A stretch of DNA of 64,000 nt from Euglena gracilis. Taxonomy: Eukaryota. The first letter of the stretch is position 1. Each line of letters begins with the position of its first letter. The notes below the pieces were generated by a model. It saw only the letters and a program-made list of their open reading frames with translations, searched no databases and had not been told where the DNA came from. The DNA lies in the NCBI GenBank assembly GCA_039621445.1, contig CP154954.1, forward strand, positions 33,581,455 to 33,645,454, given 5' to 3'. The position numbers were made by a program, and so were the translations under genes. Shown here one piece after another: positions 36,725 through 50,300 of this stretch.

Positions 36725-38029
36725 TCACCACCACCAGTGATGCGGTGGAAACCACCACCAGCTGTTCCAGGGATTTAAATGACAGTCCCAACCCCACCAA
36801 TCTTGAAACCAACTTGGTCTCAAAAACGGAAAGTCGTTCCAACTGCTTTTGGCAGGCCTCCAGAATTTTTTTGTCTGTCTTAATTTTCTTGGCTGTGCGG
36901 CAAAATCTGAGGAAGATTTCTCAGAAGACACTGATGACGGCTGCAAATTTGTGACATGTCCAGAAGTCAGGTTCGCAGGCACAAAATTTTCTGGACTTGG
37001 AAATTTTTCACTGGGCTGTAACTTTTCAGTGATTTCAAACATTTTCAGCCGTTCCTCCAGAATCTTTTCTTCACTCTCCAGCCGTTTTGACAGAGCCTCG
37101 CTCTTCTCACACAGGGACTGGATGCTTTCAGAAAAACGGTGTTCAATTTCACTGCAAGTTCGTGTCAAAAGGTCATGAAAACCATCTGCCAAATTTCTCA
37201 GACGGGTTTCAATTTCAGCCATCCGTCCCTCCAAGTGGCTGGACTCACTTTGGCTGGGCACTTCCTCCAGTTTCGTCAGCCTCTCGTTCAGGGAAAAAGT
37301 GTTTGAAAACAATTCTGTGATACCTGCCTCAACTTTTTGCCACCACTCATCCGAAGGGTCATAAAAAGTTTCAGGTTTTGTGACCTCTGAAGTTTCCACA
37401 CTGTCTGATTTGACACTCAGCTGTCCAGATTCAGATTCACACCGCACAACTCTCATTTGCAAAACATTTGGACAAGGGTCAAAACTTTCTTGTTTAACTT
37501 CAGGTTCTCCTGGCAGTGAGCTTGTTGGGCTTACCCCTGACGGTTTACAAGATTGACATGGAGAAGATGAGTCAGGGCCATGAGAATGTCCAATGGCTGC
37601 TTCACATCTGAGTTTCCAAAACTCCCTCTGAGACGCCAGAAGTTCGGCCTCCCTTTTTCTTTGTTCCTCTGTTTGGGTATCACTGAATTCAATTCCCAAC
37701 AATTTGAATTGGTCACTGTATTCCTTGAATTCTTTGTCATCAACAGAATCTAAAAATTCTTCACTGACAGAGTCAGTGAAGCCACCTCTGCGTACCATGT
37801 TGGGGGTCTTGGGGGACCCTGCTCGCCCGGGGGGGCTGCTGCTTTCGCTGGGGCCACAATTTCCCTTTTCTGGCCCTGGTGGGCTCAGGCCAGGGCCTTT
37901 GGCTAGTTGGGCACCGTTTTCAAATAAATCCACAGGCGGTAATGGGGGTGAGGTGTGCACCCCCGACCCAGGTCCCCCTGTCTCCCCGCGTAGGATCGTT
38001 TTTAGCCTCCACTGTTTTGACCTTTTCAA
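36725..38029 (-). CDS. Tandem-unit coiled-coil hypothetical protein (434 aa)
   Basis: Open frame nearly identical to 13541-14941. Confidence 0.55.
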   Translation of the reverse strand: MKRSKQWRLKTILRGETGGPGSGVHTSPPLPPVDLFENGAQLAKGPGLSPPGPEKGNCGPSESSSPPGRAGSPKTPNMVRRGGFTDSVSEEFLDSVDDKEFKEYSDQFKLLGIEFSDTQTEEQRKREAELLASQREFWKLRCEAAIGHSHGPDSSSPCQSCKPSGVSPTSSLPGEPEVKQESFDPCPNVLQMRVVRCESESGQLSVKSDSVETSEVTKPETFYDPSDEWWQKVEAGITELFSNTFSLNERLTKLEEVPSQSESSHLEGRMAEIETRLRNLADGFHDLLTRTCSEIEHRFSESIQSLCEKSEALSKRLESEEKILEERLKMFEITEKLQPSEKFPSPENFVPANLTSGHVTNLQPSSVSSEKSSSDFAAQPRKLRQTKKFWRPAKSSWNDFPFLRPSWFQDWWGWDCHLNPWNSWWWFPPHHWWW

Positions 38030-38464
38030 ACATTTGGATCAAAAGGTGAACAAGGACAAAACCAACCCACCTACTTAGGATCAAACAGCAGAGCACAACA
38101 AACCTGGGGCTTGAGAGGGTGGGCAAGTACCTTTGAATTCAGGTGTTGAGTGGGAGAAAGAATGTGGAAGTGAATGCCTTGATTTCCTTGGATAATTGAA
38201 TTGTCCTTTTTGATCTTTCAATTTTCAATTGACTTTTGTGCTCTTGTGATTCTCAATTCGAATTCTCAAATTCTTGCTGGAATTTGCTGGTGTTCCAATT
38301 CCACTCGCGTGGCGGTTGACTTGCTTTGGATATTCCTACTGGGGTTTTTGGGAATTTTCTGGGAAATTTTTGGCTGCCGACGCCAGCGGCAGCCGACAAC
38401 TCTCACCCGCACAGGACTTCGGCCGAACCCAGCACACCAGAGTAATCCAAAAAAAAAATAAGGC

Positions 38465-41400
38465 GGCAAGGCGCAAGGGCGCAAACCAGAAGGGCCCGGC
38501 GAGGAGGTCCGAGGGAAACGGAGTATTGCGTCCCTGAGGAGCTCCTTCCACCGCACCTGTTTACCATCCGGGAACGGTGGTACTTCGCCGGGCAGCGCAT
38601 TGAGGCTTACTGGGCGTCCAGCGGGATGCAACTCCTGCAGTTTGACCCAGACAGCCGGATCGGAAGAGCGGTGGGTTCCTTCGAACAAGAGAACTTGCAG
38701 GGCCTTCGCAGGGGCCCCTTCCCCCACCAACGTGCGGGCACGGCGGAGAACAGCGGCCGGTATGGCGGCGGGCTCGGTGCGTGCTCTTTTGGCTGCCCGC
38801 GTCTCGATGGACGCTGGTGGGAGGCGGGTGGCGCTTCTCAGCGCTGTCATCAGCGTTCCATTGTCCCCTTGCCGGAACAGTTGGACGCGCCGCCTGATCG
38901 CGGTGGAGATGTCCTCATCGGCCTCACGCCCCGCACTTTGGACTGTCCGAAGCACCAGTTTGGGGAAGGCGAGGGTGGCGAACAGGCTGTCCATGGTTGG
39001 CCTGCTGACGTATTCCTCTATGACATTGGAGAGGGTCTCGGACACGTCACGTTGGTTGGCCGCAGGCACATGAAGGACCGTGTTTGCGCGGCAGAGGAAG
39101 ACCTCCTGGAGGTTGGCCGGCTGGGGCGGGATGGTGATTCCGGGCGGGCCACCGTGACGGAGGTCAGAGTTCTTTCCGCTTTGGTCGACCACCACAGCCG
39201 CGGGTGTGTCGTCAGCTGGGTGTGCTAAATCGTTTTGTGCTGTCACGAGGCGCCTCCGCGGACACGACAACCGACGTGGCTGACCTCTTTCTGCCTCCCG
39301 GCGGACCTGGGTTGCTTTCAATGTCCCCGCAGGACAAGAGGCTCCATCGGCCCGTCTTGGTGGGCGCTCGGCAATAGGGGAGTTGTCCACCAGGTTGATC
39401 ATAATGTGGTCCACGGTGCACCGGGGAGTCACGGCAGGTAAGCGCGATTCCCCTTCGGCGATTGGTTGGGAAAGCCCTCCTACACACCGGCGCCGCCAAG
39501 GACTAAGTGGGCCGGCTGAGTCCCCTGCAGGTAGGGGTTGGGGTCCCCAATGCGTCCGAATCCGTCGCCATGGCAACCCAGAGTCTGGTCCGGAAACTGG
39601 ATCCGCAGGGGAACTGGGCCATTCTTCAGGTGGACCTGAAGAACGCCTTCAACACACCGGACAGAAATGTCCTTCTACAAGAAGCGCAAACGCGCACTCC
39701 AGCGCTTTTCAACTACCTGCGCTTCGCCTACGGCCAGCCGGCACCGTTGTTCAGCGGAGGACGCGTGCTCCACTCCACGAGAGGCACACACCAGCGTTGC
39801 CCCCTGGGACCCATCGGCTTTGCAGTGGGCCTCCACACCATCAGCGAGACCATCAGCCAGCAAGCAGAGTTGCTCTGGTCCTCATGGTACCTGGATGATG
39901 GGGTGCTTGTCGGTGAGCCCTGGGCTTTGCAGAAGTGCCTCGAGTTCCTGCGGACCGAAGGCGCACGCAACGGGGTCCAATTGAACCCGGCGAAATGCGT
40001 CGTATGGGGTCCGGCTGCTGGCGCACTCCCTGACCGCGAGAAGGTTCAAGTTGTACCCTGGGTCGAGGGCTCTGGGATCACTGTCCTGGGCTGCCCCGTC
40101 GACTTCCCAACCACGGCAGGGCACACAGTGGCAGCATGGACGGAGGCAACAACCAAGCTGGAACAAGCTGCGGACCTAATCACCTCGGTCACTGACCCCC
40201 AGCTGGCGCACCACATCCTGAGGTCTTGACTGGACGGCTGCAGAGTTAACCACCTCCTGCGCGCCTCTGATCCCTACCAGGCGCAGGGTGAAGTGATTCG
40301 GTGCAGTGAGACGATCTTCGGTGCCTTTGAGGACATCATCGGCCAAGCCCTCAGCACAGACCACAGCCTGCAGGCCTCGCTACCGCTGTCACAAGGTGGG
40401 TGTGGCCTTCGTATTCCCGCCTCCCACCAAGCAGCAGCCCGTACCGCCGCCCTGTGCCAGTTCTACACACATGGACATAAGCGGGTCGCATGTCCAAGCT
40501 ACGCGGCCGACCCGGACGACCGGCTGTGCCAGCAAGCCGCCAGTGACGTTGGCTCCGTCCTCGGCACCCGTCACCCTGAGAGCAACCGGCTGACAGCATC
40601 AGCAGCCTTCGCCTCTGCGTCGGCAAATGACACCTCGCAGAAATGGTGGCAGACCCAACTATCCAAGGCCCATGTGGACGCCCTCATCGCCACGTGGTCT
40701 GCAAGGGACCAGACACGTCTTATGGAACAGCTCAACGGTATCGGCCACGGCTGGATGGCAGCAGCCCCCAATGAGGCTCTGCACACGGTGATTGAGCCCG
40801 CCGACTACTGCCTTGGCCTGAAGTGGTGGCTTGGGCTGCCCCTGGCTGACACGCCAACCACGTGCGCGGGGTGCCATTCTGTGGCAGACATCCACGGGGA
40901 TCACGACATGTGCTGCATTCGGAACAACTTTGCAAGCCGACACAACGCCGTTCAGGAAGCCTTATTCAACCTCCTGTCCGCGAACGGCCAGAGTGTCCAA
41001 CGCGAGGTGCCAGTACCAAACCAGCCAGACGCCTCCCTGCGACCAGCGGACCTGTTGCTGGCAACGTGGCAAGACGGGAAACCGACCGCGGTAGACATCG
41101 CGGTTGCACACGGCTGGCAGTCTGCTGAGAGGACAGCGTCCAGGGAACGATGGAGAACCTTCCTCAGACGGAAGGAGACCGCAAAGCACGCCAAGTACTA
41201 CATATTGTGCCGAAACGGGGGCTGGTCCTTTGCCACGCTGGCATTTGGGACATGGGGAGGCCTGGGCCCGGAGAGCGCCAAGCTGCTGACAAGACTGATC
41301 GAACGATCGACCTCCTGGGATCAAGGCGACGTGCGTTTGACGCGGCAGGCTGAGAGCTACCAGAGCTTGGCATGGGCCCTGTTCAAGCAGATCACTCAGT

Positions 41401-42000
41401 TGCTACGACCGAAGTATGTGCTTCGCTGATTCACTATCTAACATCTGACAGCGATACCAGCAACACGGACCTCGACCCGGCTGACCCCGGCTGGCCACTA
41501 CACGTCTTCACCGGCGGCTCATCTACCTCCGACAAAAGATCAGGACAAGGCACGACGCAGATGGCCGCCCAAAGGGCGAGGCCATCGGCGCAAACGATAC
41601 ACAAAGGCATTCATCCGCTACCGGCATTCCCGGCACAGAGGGCGCACCAAGACAGCCTACGAAGCAGCCACTGCTCCCAGAACACGGAAAATACGGTTCA
41701 ACGCTACAGGCACAAGCCTCTACTGCCGCTGCCCGCGGGCACCTTAACCTCCCTGCCATTCAACCGCCTCCTCACCCACTTTCTCCCACGCACCGCGAAC
41801 CTCCTCACCCTGTCATCCCCCTGCGCTTTATACTTTATAATGAAGATGGGCCTTGCCCGTTTTCCACCCGCTGAGCCCTGCGACAGTCGATACCTCTGCC
41901 TATCCATGGGGTTCCCCCATCTGTCCATAGCCCCTGTCTCCTCGGAACACTCAAATCCAGTAGGCTGTGCCACTGGTCGGTGGATTCGGTTCGCCCCACC
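38465..42000 (+). mobile_element. Duplicate of CRE element B (inverted 5' part 38465-39499; RT-RLE 39507-41429)
   Basis: Near-identical translations; 3' motif at 41957-42000. Confidence 0.9.
39302..39352 (-). other. 2A-like peptide GRWSLLSCGDIESNPG|P
   Basis: Duplicate of 16063-16113 with two substitutions outside the core motif. Confidence 0.88.
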
Positions 42001-42111
42001 ACAGTACTTTTGTCTCATGTGGAAAAAAAAAGACGACTTGCAGCCTTCTTCTCACTGGAGAAGGACACGGTGGTGGGGCGAGCCGAGTCCACCGACTAGT
42101 GGCACAGCCTA

Positions 42112-42340
42112 AACCCCCCCCCAAATAACACCCCCCCCCCCCAAATAACACCCCCCCCCAAATAACACACCCCCCCCTCGGGGGCCGATTTCGAGCGCCC
42201 AAATAACACCCCCCCCCCTGTTTTCCTTTGGTTTTCCATGTAAAAATAACACCCCCCCAAATAACACCCCCCCCCCCTGGGGCCTCAGTTCGGGTGCCCA
42301 AATAACAAACCGGGGGGGTGTGTTATTTGGGGGGGGGGTT
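42112..42340. mobile_element. 229-bp MITE with TA target duplication (Tc1/mariner-type)
   Basis: TIRs AAC(n)AAATAACAC / GTGTTATTTG(n)TT with TA on both sides. Empty site cagccTActgg at 18866-18876. Confidence 0.9.
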
Positions 42341-45212
42341 TACTGGATTTGAGTGCTCAGGGGGAGGGCTATATACAGAAGCGGAAGCAGCAGTCTGTCA
42401 GAGGTAGAGGTACAGGAGAAGGCGTGTAAAGCCGAGCGGTCTTGGTAGCAGCGAAGACGGAGGGACGAGGGGAAACTTGGCGGATGAGGTGCGTTGGGGG
42501 TGAGAGGCGGAGGGCGTGGTGGCTGGTGTGTGTGTGTGTGTGTGTTTTGTGTGTGCTTGCGGTTTTTTTTTGGAGGGATGGGATGTGAGATTGGTATCTC
42601 ATCTTTGCTCAATCCATTGCATATGGGCTATGGGTGGTGGGATCCACCTCTCCAGATGGCTCCGCCACCGCACCGCATGCCAGCTGGCGGGCCACTTCTC
42701 TTGCCAATGTGAGACTCAGGGTTTGCCAGACGGAGGCTTTAGATGAGCGTCGTTGAAAAAACACCTGTTTGAGCCAATACAGTGCGGAGGCATTTGGTGA
42801 TGAAGGTTGCAGCCTGCTCCCCCACGCCCCCAAAGCAGTCCAGCACGAATGGGATGAACGAACGAACGAACAAATGAATGAATGAACGTCCACCCAAGGC
42901 GTTCACAGGTGGCTGCGTATTTGCGGCATTTTTCGGCTTCCTGTAATTCGTGCCACCGTGCTACGGCTTCTTTTGTGGAGACCGGAGTGGCTGGCTGGAG
43001 CGGGTGACGCACCGTGACATCCACTGCTGCGGGTCCGTCAGCATCGTCCCTGGTAATGAAGACATCGCCGAGCCTTGTCTGGTTGTCTGCCACCTCTTCT
43101 CTTCGGGCCATGAATCCCGCCTTCCTTGCAAGCTCCACGACAAACGTTTGAAGGGCACCATGTCGCCGCAAAGTGTTGTTTTTTGGGCAGCAGACAAGGC
43201 GATTTCCGCCAAAGTCCATTTGCTGGTGGCAACGAGGGCATTCTGGCAAGGAACCATCTGGCATTGTCGGGCAAATTGCACACCCTAGAGACCATTGCGT
43301 CAGCGCTCTAAATTCGGCTGGTGGAATGAGTGTTTTCAGTGGAGCAGAGGGATTAACCGCAGCCCAGGCCATGGCGTGTGGCTTCCGCTGGCAGGAAAAA
43401 CGGACTGCGTCGTTTCCTGCAAAGCTGCCCAAAAGTAGGTCAGCCCGTACTTTTACGACCTCATATGTCCAAAACTTCTGTCTCGTCATTGTGGGGGACA
43501 GGGAGCTCACTTTGCTTGGGTCCGCAAGGATGTCAGTGAGAGGTGCCAACCCTTTGGTGAGACTCGAAATTAGCAAGCCCGTCTCGCCATGGTCGCGTGG
43601 AAGCTGAGGGCAGCCTTCCGGTTGGCCCAGAGTGCTGTCCACTCGGGAGAGGAAACCCAGGATAGCTGCCCATCTGGCCGGTGTTCTGGCTGCTTCTGGG
43701 TCTCGGATCCCCAGTCCTCCCAAGCGGACAGGAAGTGAGGCCTGTGCCCATTGTTTGTCGTCCATTGGGCGGGCGGTGATGACCGACATTGTGTCCCGTA
43801 GGATGCTGGAGGAGGAATGGCATTTTATTTTAGCTCCCGAGAGGCGCGTGGTTCGCAGCAAATCATTCACTTTGCAGGCATCAAGGCATTGCCTGAGCAC
43901 AGTGAATTGTAGATGCGGTGACGGCACCAATTGTAACAGGTGGCACGCCTTCTGGACACCGGTGAGGCGCTCCTCCCAAAGGAGGGAGGCAAATTCAGGC
44001 GTTCCACCCGGGTGGCAAACAGGCGCGCCGAGTGCGCGAATGCCGGTGCCGGCTGTGAAAGGCTCGACCGGGACGCCCTGAAAGATGCCTTCTCCGTGCT
44101 CCACAAAGGCTGGACCACACAGTCTGCATTTCGCCAAGTTGAGACCTACACCAATCCGTGGTCCCTCAGATACAATCAACCAAACTGCCCTCTCAAGCTG
44201 CTCCGGTGTGCCCATGACGTGGGCATCATCCAGGTACCAGGCTTGCCAGCCCACGATGCCTTGCAGTTTGTCCAGCAATGGCTGTATCCCGAGGGCAAAT
44301 GCGGCCGGCCCGCACGGGTCCCCTTGCTGCACACCAGACTTGCTTCGGAGGGATGTCTTTCCCAGATACAACCGAGAATGGCGTGCGTAGCAGCTCTCCA
44401 ACCACGGCAGCAGGGAGGGGAAATCTATCGGCGACCTCGGCCAGTAAGTTCTCTCTTGATATGCAATTGAATGCATTTGAGAAATCCAGCTGGAGTAACC
44501 CCCAGTCAACCTTCCCGATATGGGACAGGCCGTCAACTATCTGCTGAATGCCCATGCTTATCAATGCGCATGCGTCCGGTACACCTACCCCCAGCTGTTG
44601 TGGCAAGGCGGTAGCCAGGGAGCGGCGGACTTCTGTGTGGCGCATTAGCACTTTTGCCACCAGGCGTCGGAGGGTTTCCCCGGCAGCAATGGGCCGTGTG
44701 CCATCCCCTGAAGAGTACTGTACTGATGGTCCTTCCCAACTGAGCCCAGTGATTCCTGCCAGCGCGTGGCAAGGGTGCCAGCACTGCCTTGGGCATGCAC
44801 CAGAGTGCGTGTGAGGACTCCCATGAAGGGTGTCTGTTGTAGTCCTTCAGAAGAGAGGTGTAGAGTTGGGAGACCGCCTGTACGGCGCCACGAGGGATGT
44901 GTGAGACCGTGCCCCTGAGGTCCTGTGCGATGCCATCCAGGTTGGTTCGAGCGTCGGACAGCGTTGTGAGAAGGGGGTCCCAGGCGTTCTGCAGCCCGGC
45001 AGAAATGGCTGGGGTGGGCCATCTGTTTCCATGGCTGCCGTCGCTGCTGTAACCGGGACAGTCGTGGGCGCGGCAAGGGCAGGCAATGGGTCATCCAATT
45101 CAATGGCCACCGATAATTCCGGGTCCAGGTTGGTCCCACTTTCAGTCGGTCGTGAAAGAGCAGCATCCTGCCTTCGTGTTTGGCGGCCTCTCTCCGTTGG
45201 CTACCCTGTGCG

Positions 45213-45266
45213 TGGGCCAGGGTTTTCTTCAACGTCGCCACACGACAGTAGCCCGCCTCTTCCCCG
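45213..45266 (-). other. 2A-like peptide RGRGGLLSCGDVEENPG|P (duplicate)
   Basis: Identical to 22333-22386. Confidence 0.9.
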
Positions 45267-46171
45267 TAGGTGGAAACCCCACGCTATTACGGCTGGAATT
45301 GTGCTGAGCCCTGGGGCAAAATTTGACGGCATTACGGCCTTGGGCCCTGGAGCCACATCTGTGAAACACTTTTCCGTGCCCGTTTTGGCTTGAGACGTGT
45401 TGAGCCCTGGGGCCAAATTTGACAGCATCATGGCTGAAGCCTTGGGCCCTGGGGCCACATCTGTGAAAAACTTTTCTGTGCCAGTTTTGGCTTGAAATGT
45501 GTTGGCTGAAGCCTTGGGCCCTGGGGCAACATCTCTGAAAAACTTTTCTGTGCCAGATTTAGTTGGAAAAGTGTTGAGCCCTGTGGCAAAATTTGACAGC
45601 ATCATGGCAAAAGCCTTGGGCCCTGGGGCCACATCTGTGAAAAACTTTTCTGTGCCAGTTTTGGCTTGAAATGTGTTGAGCCTTGGGGCAAAATTGGACA
45701 GCATCATGGCTGAGGCCTTGGTCCCTGGGGCAAGATCTCTGAAAAATTTTCTGTGCCAGATTTGGTTTGAAATGTGTTGAGCCCTGGGGCAGAATCTGGG
45801 AGCATCATGGCAAAAGTCTGGGGCCCTGGGACCACCTCTCTGAAATGTTTAGAAGGCCCTGGGGCCATAGTGCAAATTGGAACAGTGATCGCTATGTTAC
45901 AGCACAGATGGTACAGCAAAGTACAGTGAAACAGGGATAGTACTTCCAGCCAACCCAGGGACCACTGGACCAGGGCCTGTAATTCCCTGGGGGGCATGAG
46001 GGTTCTTGCGCTGGCTGAAGGCATCACCGATGCCCAAGCCATTGCATGGGGCTTCATTTGACATGTCAGTTGAGCTTTTCTGCTCCAGAGAGATAATTGT
46101 GTACCCTTTGATGAAACCTTTACTCAGAACGTCGTCGTAAAAAGTCGTCGAAAAGTCGTAGGAATTCGTCG

Positions 46172-47306
46172 CTTTCTGACTGTCTATGTTTTTTGTTCGC
46201 ATATCATGTCGGACAACTGAAAGCCGGACCATCAGGATGCCCAAGGTGCCACAATCCCCTGGATCTCGTCCGTTGTCACCGACACAATATTGTTCGGCGA
46301 CACGGGGCGGTACAATCCTACCTCTTGGGGCTTGCTCAAAAGGCTGTGTTCTTAGCGAGACGAGAGGGAGCTGCCCCTGATGGTTCACGGCCCGGGATGT
46401 CTTTGTCATGAGGTACGATGCCAATGGTCTAGCCGCAATCGACATGACGGTACGCCACCACTTAGCACCCTCCCGAACACGACCTGGGACAGAGGACCTT
46501 GGCAGATGGCACGAATCAAAAGAGGAGGACAAAGTCAAGAAGTATGGTGCTGGCTGCCAACGAAGGGGTGGACGTTCATTCCCTTTGTCTTGGATTGCTA
46601 TGAGGGCATGGGTGATGCGGCCCTTGCCTTCGTTGGCCAATGCGTACGTCTACTCATGGGGCAGCACGAATCGTGGGAGAGACGAGCAACGGAGGCCAAC
46701 TGTTGGCAGGGCCTGAGCATGGCCCTGGCCAGGGAGCTGGCGAAGCAGCTTGCTTGGGGACAGTGCCCCGAGGAGCTGGCTGACGGTGGTGAAACAAGCC
46801 TTCATCAACCTTACTCTGTCCAGTAACGGGGAGGTGCAAGCATGCCGCCTACGTCAGCCCCTTAAGCCATGCGAACCTTATGGCCAAAGCACCACGAACA
46901 AAGGCCCGTCGTGGCCACCTTCAATTACCCGCATTTTTCTACGCATCTCTTCGGTGAGAGAGACTGCCCGATGACCGCCAAAGGCTTGGGAAAGTTCCGC
47001 TCGGTACCTCCATCTCCGCCGCGTTGTAAACAAGGCGCGAGCTCCGTAGTGACGCATGATGACCCACGTGGCAGAGGATTTTCAACCACAACCTGAGGAC
47101 CTTGTGCCCGGCAGCTACTCCGGCTGTTGATCAATGGCTGCCCCACCTCGCACCCTTCTCTAAGCTCACATCTCTTCCCCTTTTCCCTCCCCTCCCATCT
47201 CCCGTCCCCAGCACAGACTGTCGCTTCTGTACATAGCCTTACCCCCTGAACACAAATCAAATCCAGTAGGCTGTGCCAGTGGTCGGTGGACTCAGTCCGC
47301 CCCACC
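46172..47306 (+). mobile_element. Duplicate of SL-headed CRE fragment D
   Basis: SL-like sequence 46172-46195, RLE motifs, hairpin motif 47263-47306. Confidence 0.85.
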
Positions 47307-47340
47307 ACCGCTTTGGCCAAAAATAGGCGGTTCCGAGTGT

Positions 47341-50300
47341 CTTTCTGACTGTCTATTCTTTCGTGGCGCACAACTACCATGTCTTGAAAGCCCCTGGTGG
47401 GGTCCAAGCTCATTGAACATCTTCCCCATCCTGCAGATAACGTCGCCTGAAGCACAAGTATCAAGGAAAGGAAAGAAGTTCAAGTCGTCAACCAGAACAT
47501 GAACACAGAGGAGGAGTCAATTGGTTGCCTGCGGAACAAGAGGCATCGCAGCGACAGTTCGGGTGTAAGCCACGACCCCGGTGTAGCACTTTTGGAGTTC
47601 GTAAGGGGCCAGGACGTGGTGAACCTCCGCACCTCAGCGAGCAGCAGCACAGCCACCACCACCCCCAAGCCAAAGGCGCCACCAAGAAGAACACCCCCAA
47701 GGGGAGGGAAGGGGGCAGAAAGCAGGGAAACGCCACGGGTTCCCGTGGCACTCGGCCGCCACGTCGAAGGAAAGCAAGGGGATGATGCGGCGGCTAAGGA
47801 CGATGAGGAAGAAGCAGAAGCAGAGGGACCACGAACCCTCATGTGTCCCTTTTCATCGTGCCCAGAAGCCCTCACCACCAAGTCCCGCAAAGCATTGGTG
47901 TCGCACCTGGCCGCGCACCATGTGTCGCACGGCCAAGTGTTGCCGTCGGCAGTCCTCCAAATGCTGAGGGTACGGGTCTGCGCAGGCCCCTTCCGCTCAC
48001 TCGTGCCCCAAAGCGAGAGATGCAGGAACTGCAAGGTGGCACCGCAAAGCCTCGACACCGCGGAGGCAACACGGGGCCCCGTGCCTCTCATCCCCCCGAG
48101 GGATGCAGCCGCGCCACAAACGGGAACACCAACCACAAGCCGATGCCCACAAATGACGCCCACGTTTGATGAGGTGCTCGTCGTGCATGTGCCCACAGTG
48201 AGACACATCCCAGCAATGTGTCGCACCGCCATCACCCAGGAGCTGGCACATCTAGTGAGGGATGTGGCAGTCCCAGTGCCAACATGGGAGGCGCTCCACC
48301 GTCTCATATGTTTCCCAAAGCTGGTCTTGCGTTAATCAGGCCGGGGTGGATGCAAGCACCAGCGGCACGCAGCACATGACATGGACGGACGGCTGCGTCT
48401 CTTTCAGCAAGGCCAGTTGGGAACCTTGTGGGCCGAGGCGGAAAAAAAAACGCCCAAGCACGGCAGACCCCATTGGACCAACCGGCGCGCACAAGGGCAC
48501 AGGCCAAGCGGGAGGAGGAAGAGGAAATGTCACCATCACAGGTGGGGAAAATCAGGGCTTTGGTGGAGGAAGGCGCACTGCCCAAGGCCGCTAAGCTGTT
48601 GGTGTCAGATGCGCTGTTCAACTTGCAGGAACCGGGTATGGAAGCCGTACTGAGGGACCTCCATCCCCCAGCACAGCCGCACTTGGTCCCGTCAGGGGAT
48701 TTGCCCACCTCGATTGCCTGCCGCCTGGGGACGAGGGCATGCACGACGAGGAGAGCGACGAGCAGTGGTCCAAGCGGGCCTGGGCAGCCGTGGTCTCCTT
48801 CCCCCCGGGGTCTAAGTCCAATCCACCTCAGTGAGTGTTGCCGAAAGCTGGGGCCCGGGGGTGGCCTGGTCCAAGCCCTCGGCAAGCTTGCTGCGACGGC
48901 CCTGACCACATCCCGGAGAGCGTGCGAGAAGTACCATGCGCCTCCACGCTCATCCTGCTCCGCAAGAAGGATGGGGGGGTGCGGCCGATTGCCGTCGGTG
49001 ACACCCTCCGGCGAGTGGTGGGCAAGTGCCTTCTCCATTCTGAAGCGGTGAGGATGTTGATGGCAGCCCTACAACCGCGGCAGTGCGGGGTGGGAGTGTG
49101 AAACGCCGCCGAGATGGTGGGCATGGGCCTGCAACGCTCGTCCAGTCAAGCCACCTCCAAGGGGATAACGACCACGTGGTGTTGCAGGTGGATATGTGCA
49201 ATGCCTTCAACTTCATCAGCAGGGATGCAATGCTCCGGGGATGCTTGGCCAAGGTACACACGGCGTACAACTGGCTGCGCTTTTGTACAGTGGACCAAGT
49301 CCGTTGTTCTGCCAAGGGCGCTTCCTGTGTACAAGCCAGATCGGAGTGCATCAAGGCGACGCATGCGGGCCCTTGGGATTTGCACTGGACTTGGACTACG
49401 CCCTTGACCAGTGCTTTGCCCGGGACTTGGCGCTTTGGCGACGGCCACATCGTGGGGAAACCAGCAGTGGTGTTGGCCCGCCTCCATGACATCAGCACGG
49501 TCCTAGGCCTAAGGCCTAGCCCTAGGCCTCCACCTCAATTTGGCCAAGTGCAATTTTTGGGGACCTGGGATGCAGAACAGTCTATCAAGCCGGGCCACAT
49601 TACCCAGACGGTTTGGCAGAAGACCACTTGGAAAGACAAGTGCCCGTGATTCCTTTTGGAGGACAGAGGGGCATCACGACCCTGGGCGTCCAGATTGATG
49701 CCCCGCGGGAGCATCACACAGCACAAGAGGACACGCCAAGAGCATCACAATGCCAAGCCGTATGGGAAGAGACCGTGGACAGGGCGACCTTGCTCCTGTA
49801 ACGGCTCAGGGGCCACCCAGAGGGGCAAGTGCAGCACGCACTCTTGCGGTACTGCCTTGACGGATGTCGGGTGGTCCACCTCCTCCGATCAACGGAGAGA
49901 GAAAACGCACGGGACTGCCCGCTCATTCTCAGGGCATGGCTGGAGGAAGCCGTACAAGATCTCCTCGGACTGGGAATCACCGAGAGTTCACGGGATCAAG
50001 TCTCCCTGCCCATCCGCCAAGGGGGACTCGGAATCTCGGACCCCGACGTGTTGCAACCCGCGGCACGGATGGCGGCCTTGTTGAACCTGGGCAAGCAGTG
50101 GGGGTGCCAGCCTCGGTGTTGGCAACCCCATCCCCGGAAATGCAAGACAGGCTACAACGGTTGCATCAACAGCTTGGCCCTAACGTGGATCCCGTGGCCA
50201 GCTGGCCCGCAGGCACCACCCCACTCTCTCCGCAGCACCAGAACACGCCTCCCAACGGTGGTGGACGGAGAAAGTGGCGGAAATGCAGAGCCAGTGAGTC

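Larger units (their letters stand above)
28328..38398. repeat. Second array of the ~5.14-kb tandem unit (~2 units)
   Basis: Anchors at 33233 and ~38376; units nearly identical to 10228-15213. Confidence 0.95.
42072..45868 (-). mobile_element. Duplicate of CRE element C with a ~610-bp internal deletion and a MITE insertion
   Basis: ORF 42716-44536 matches 19249-21063; 2A at 45213-45266. Confidence 0.9.
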
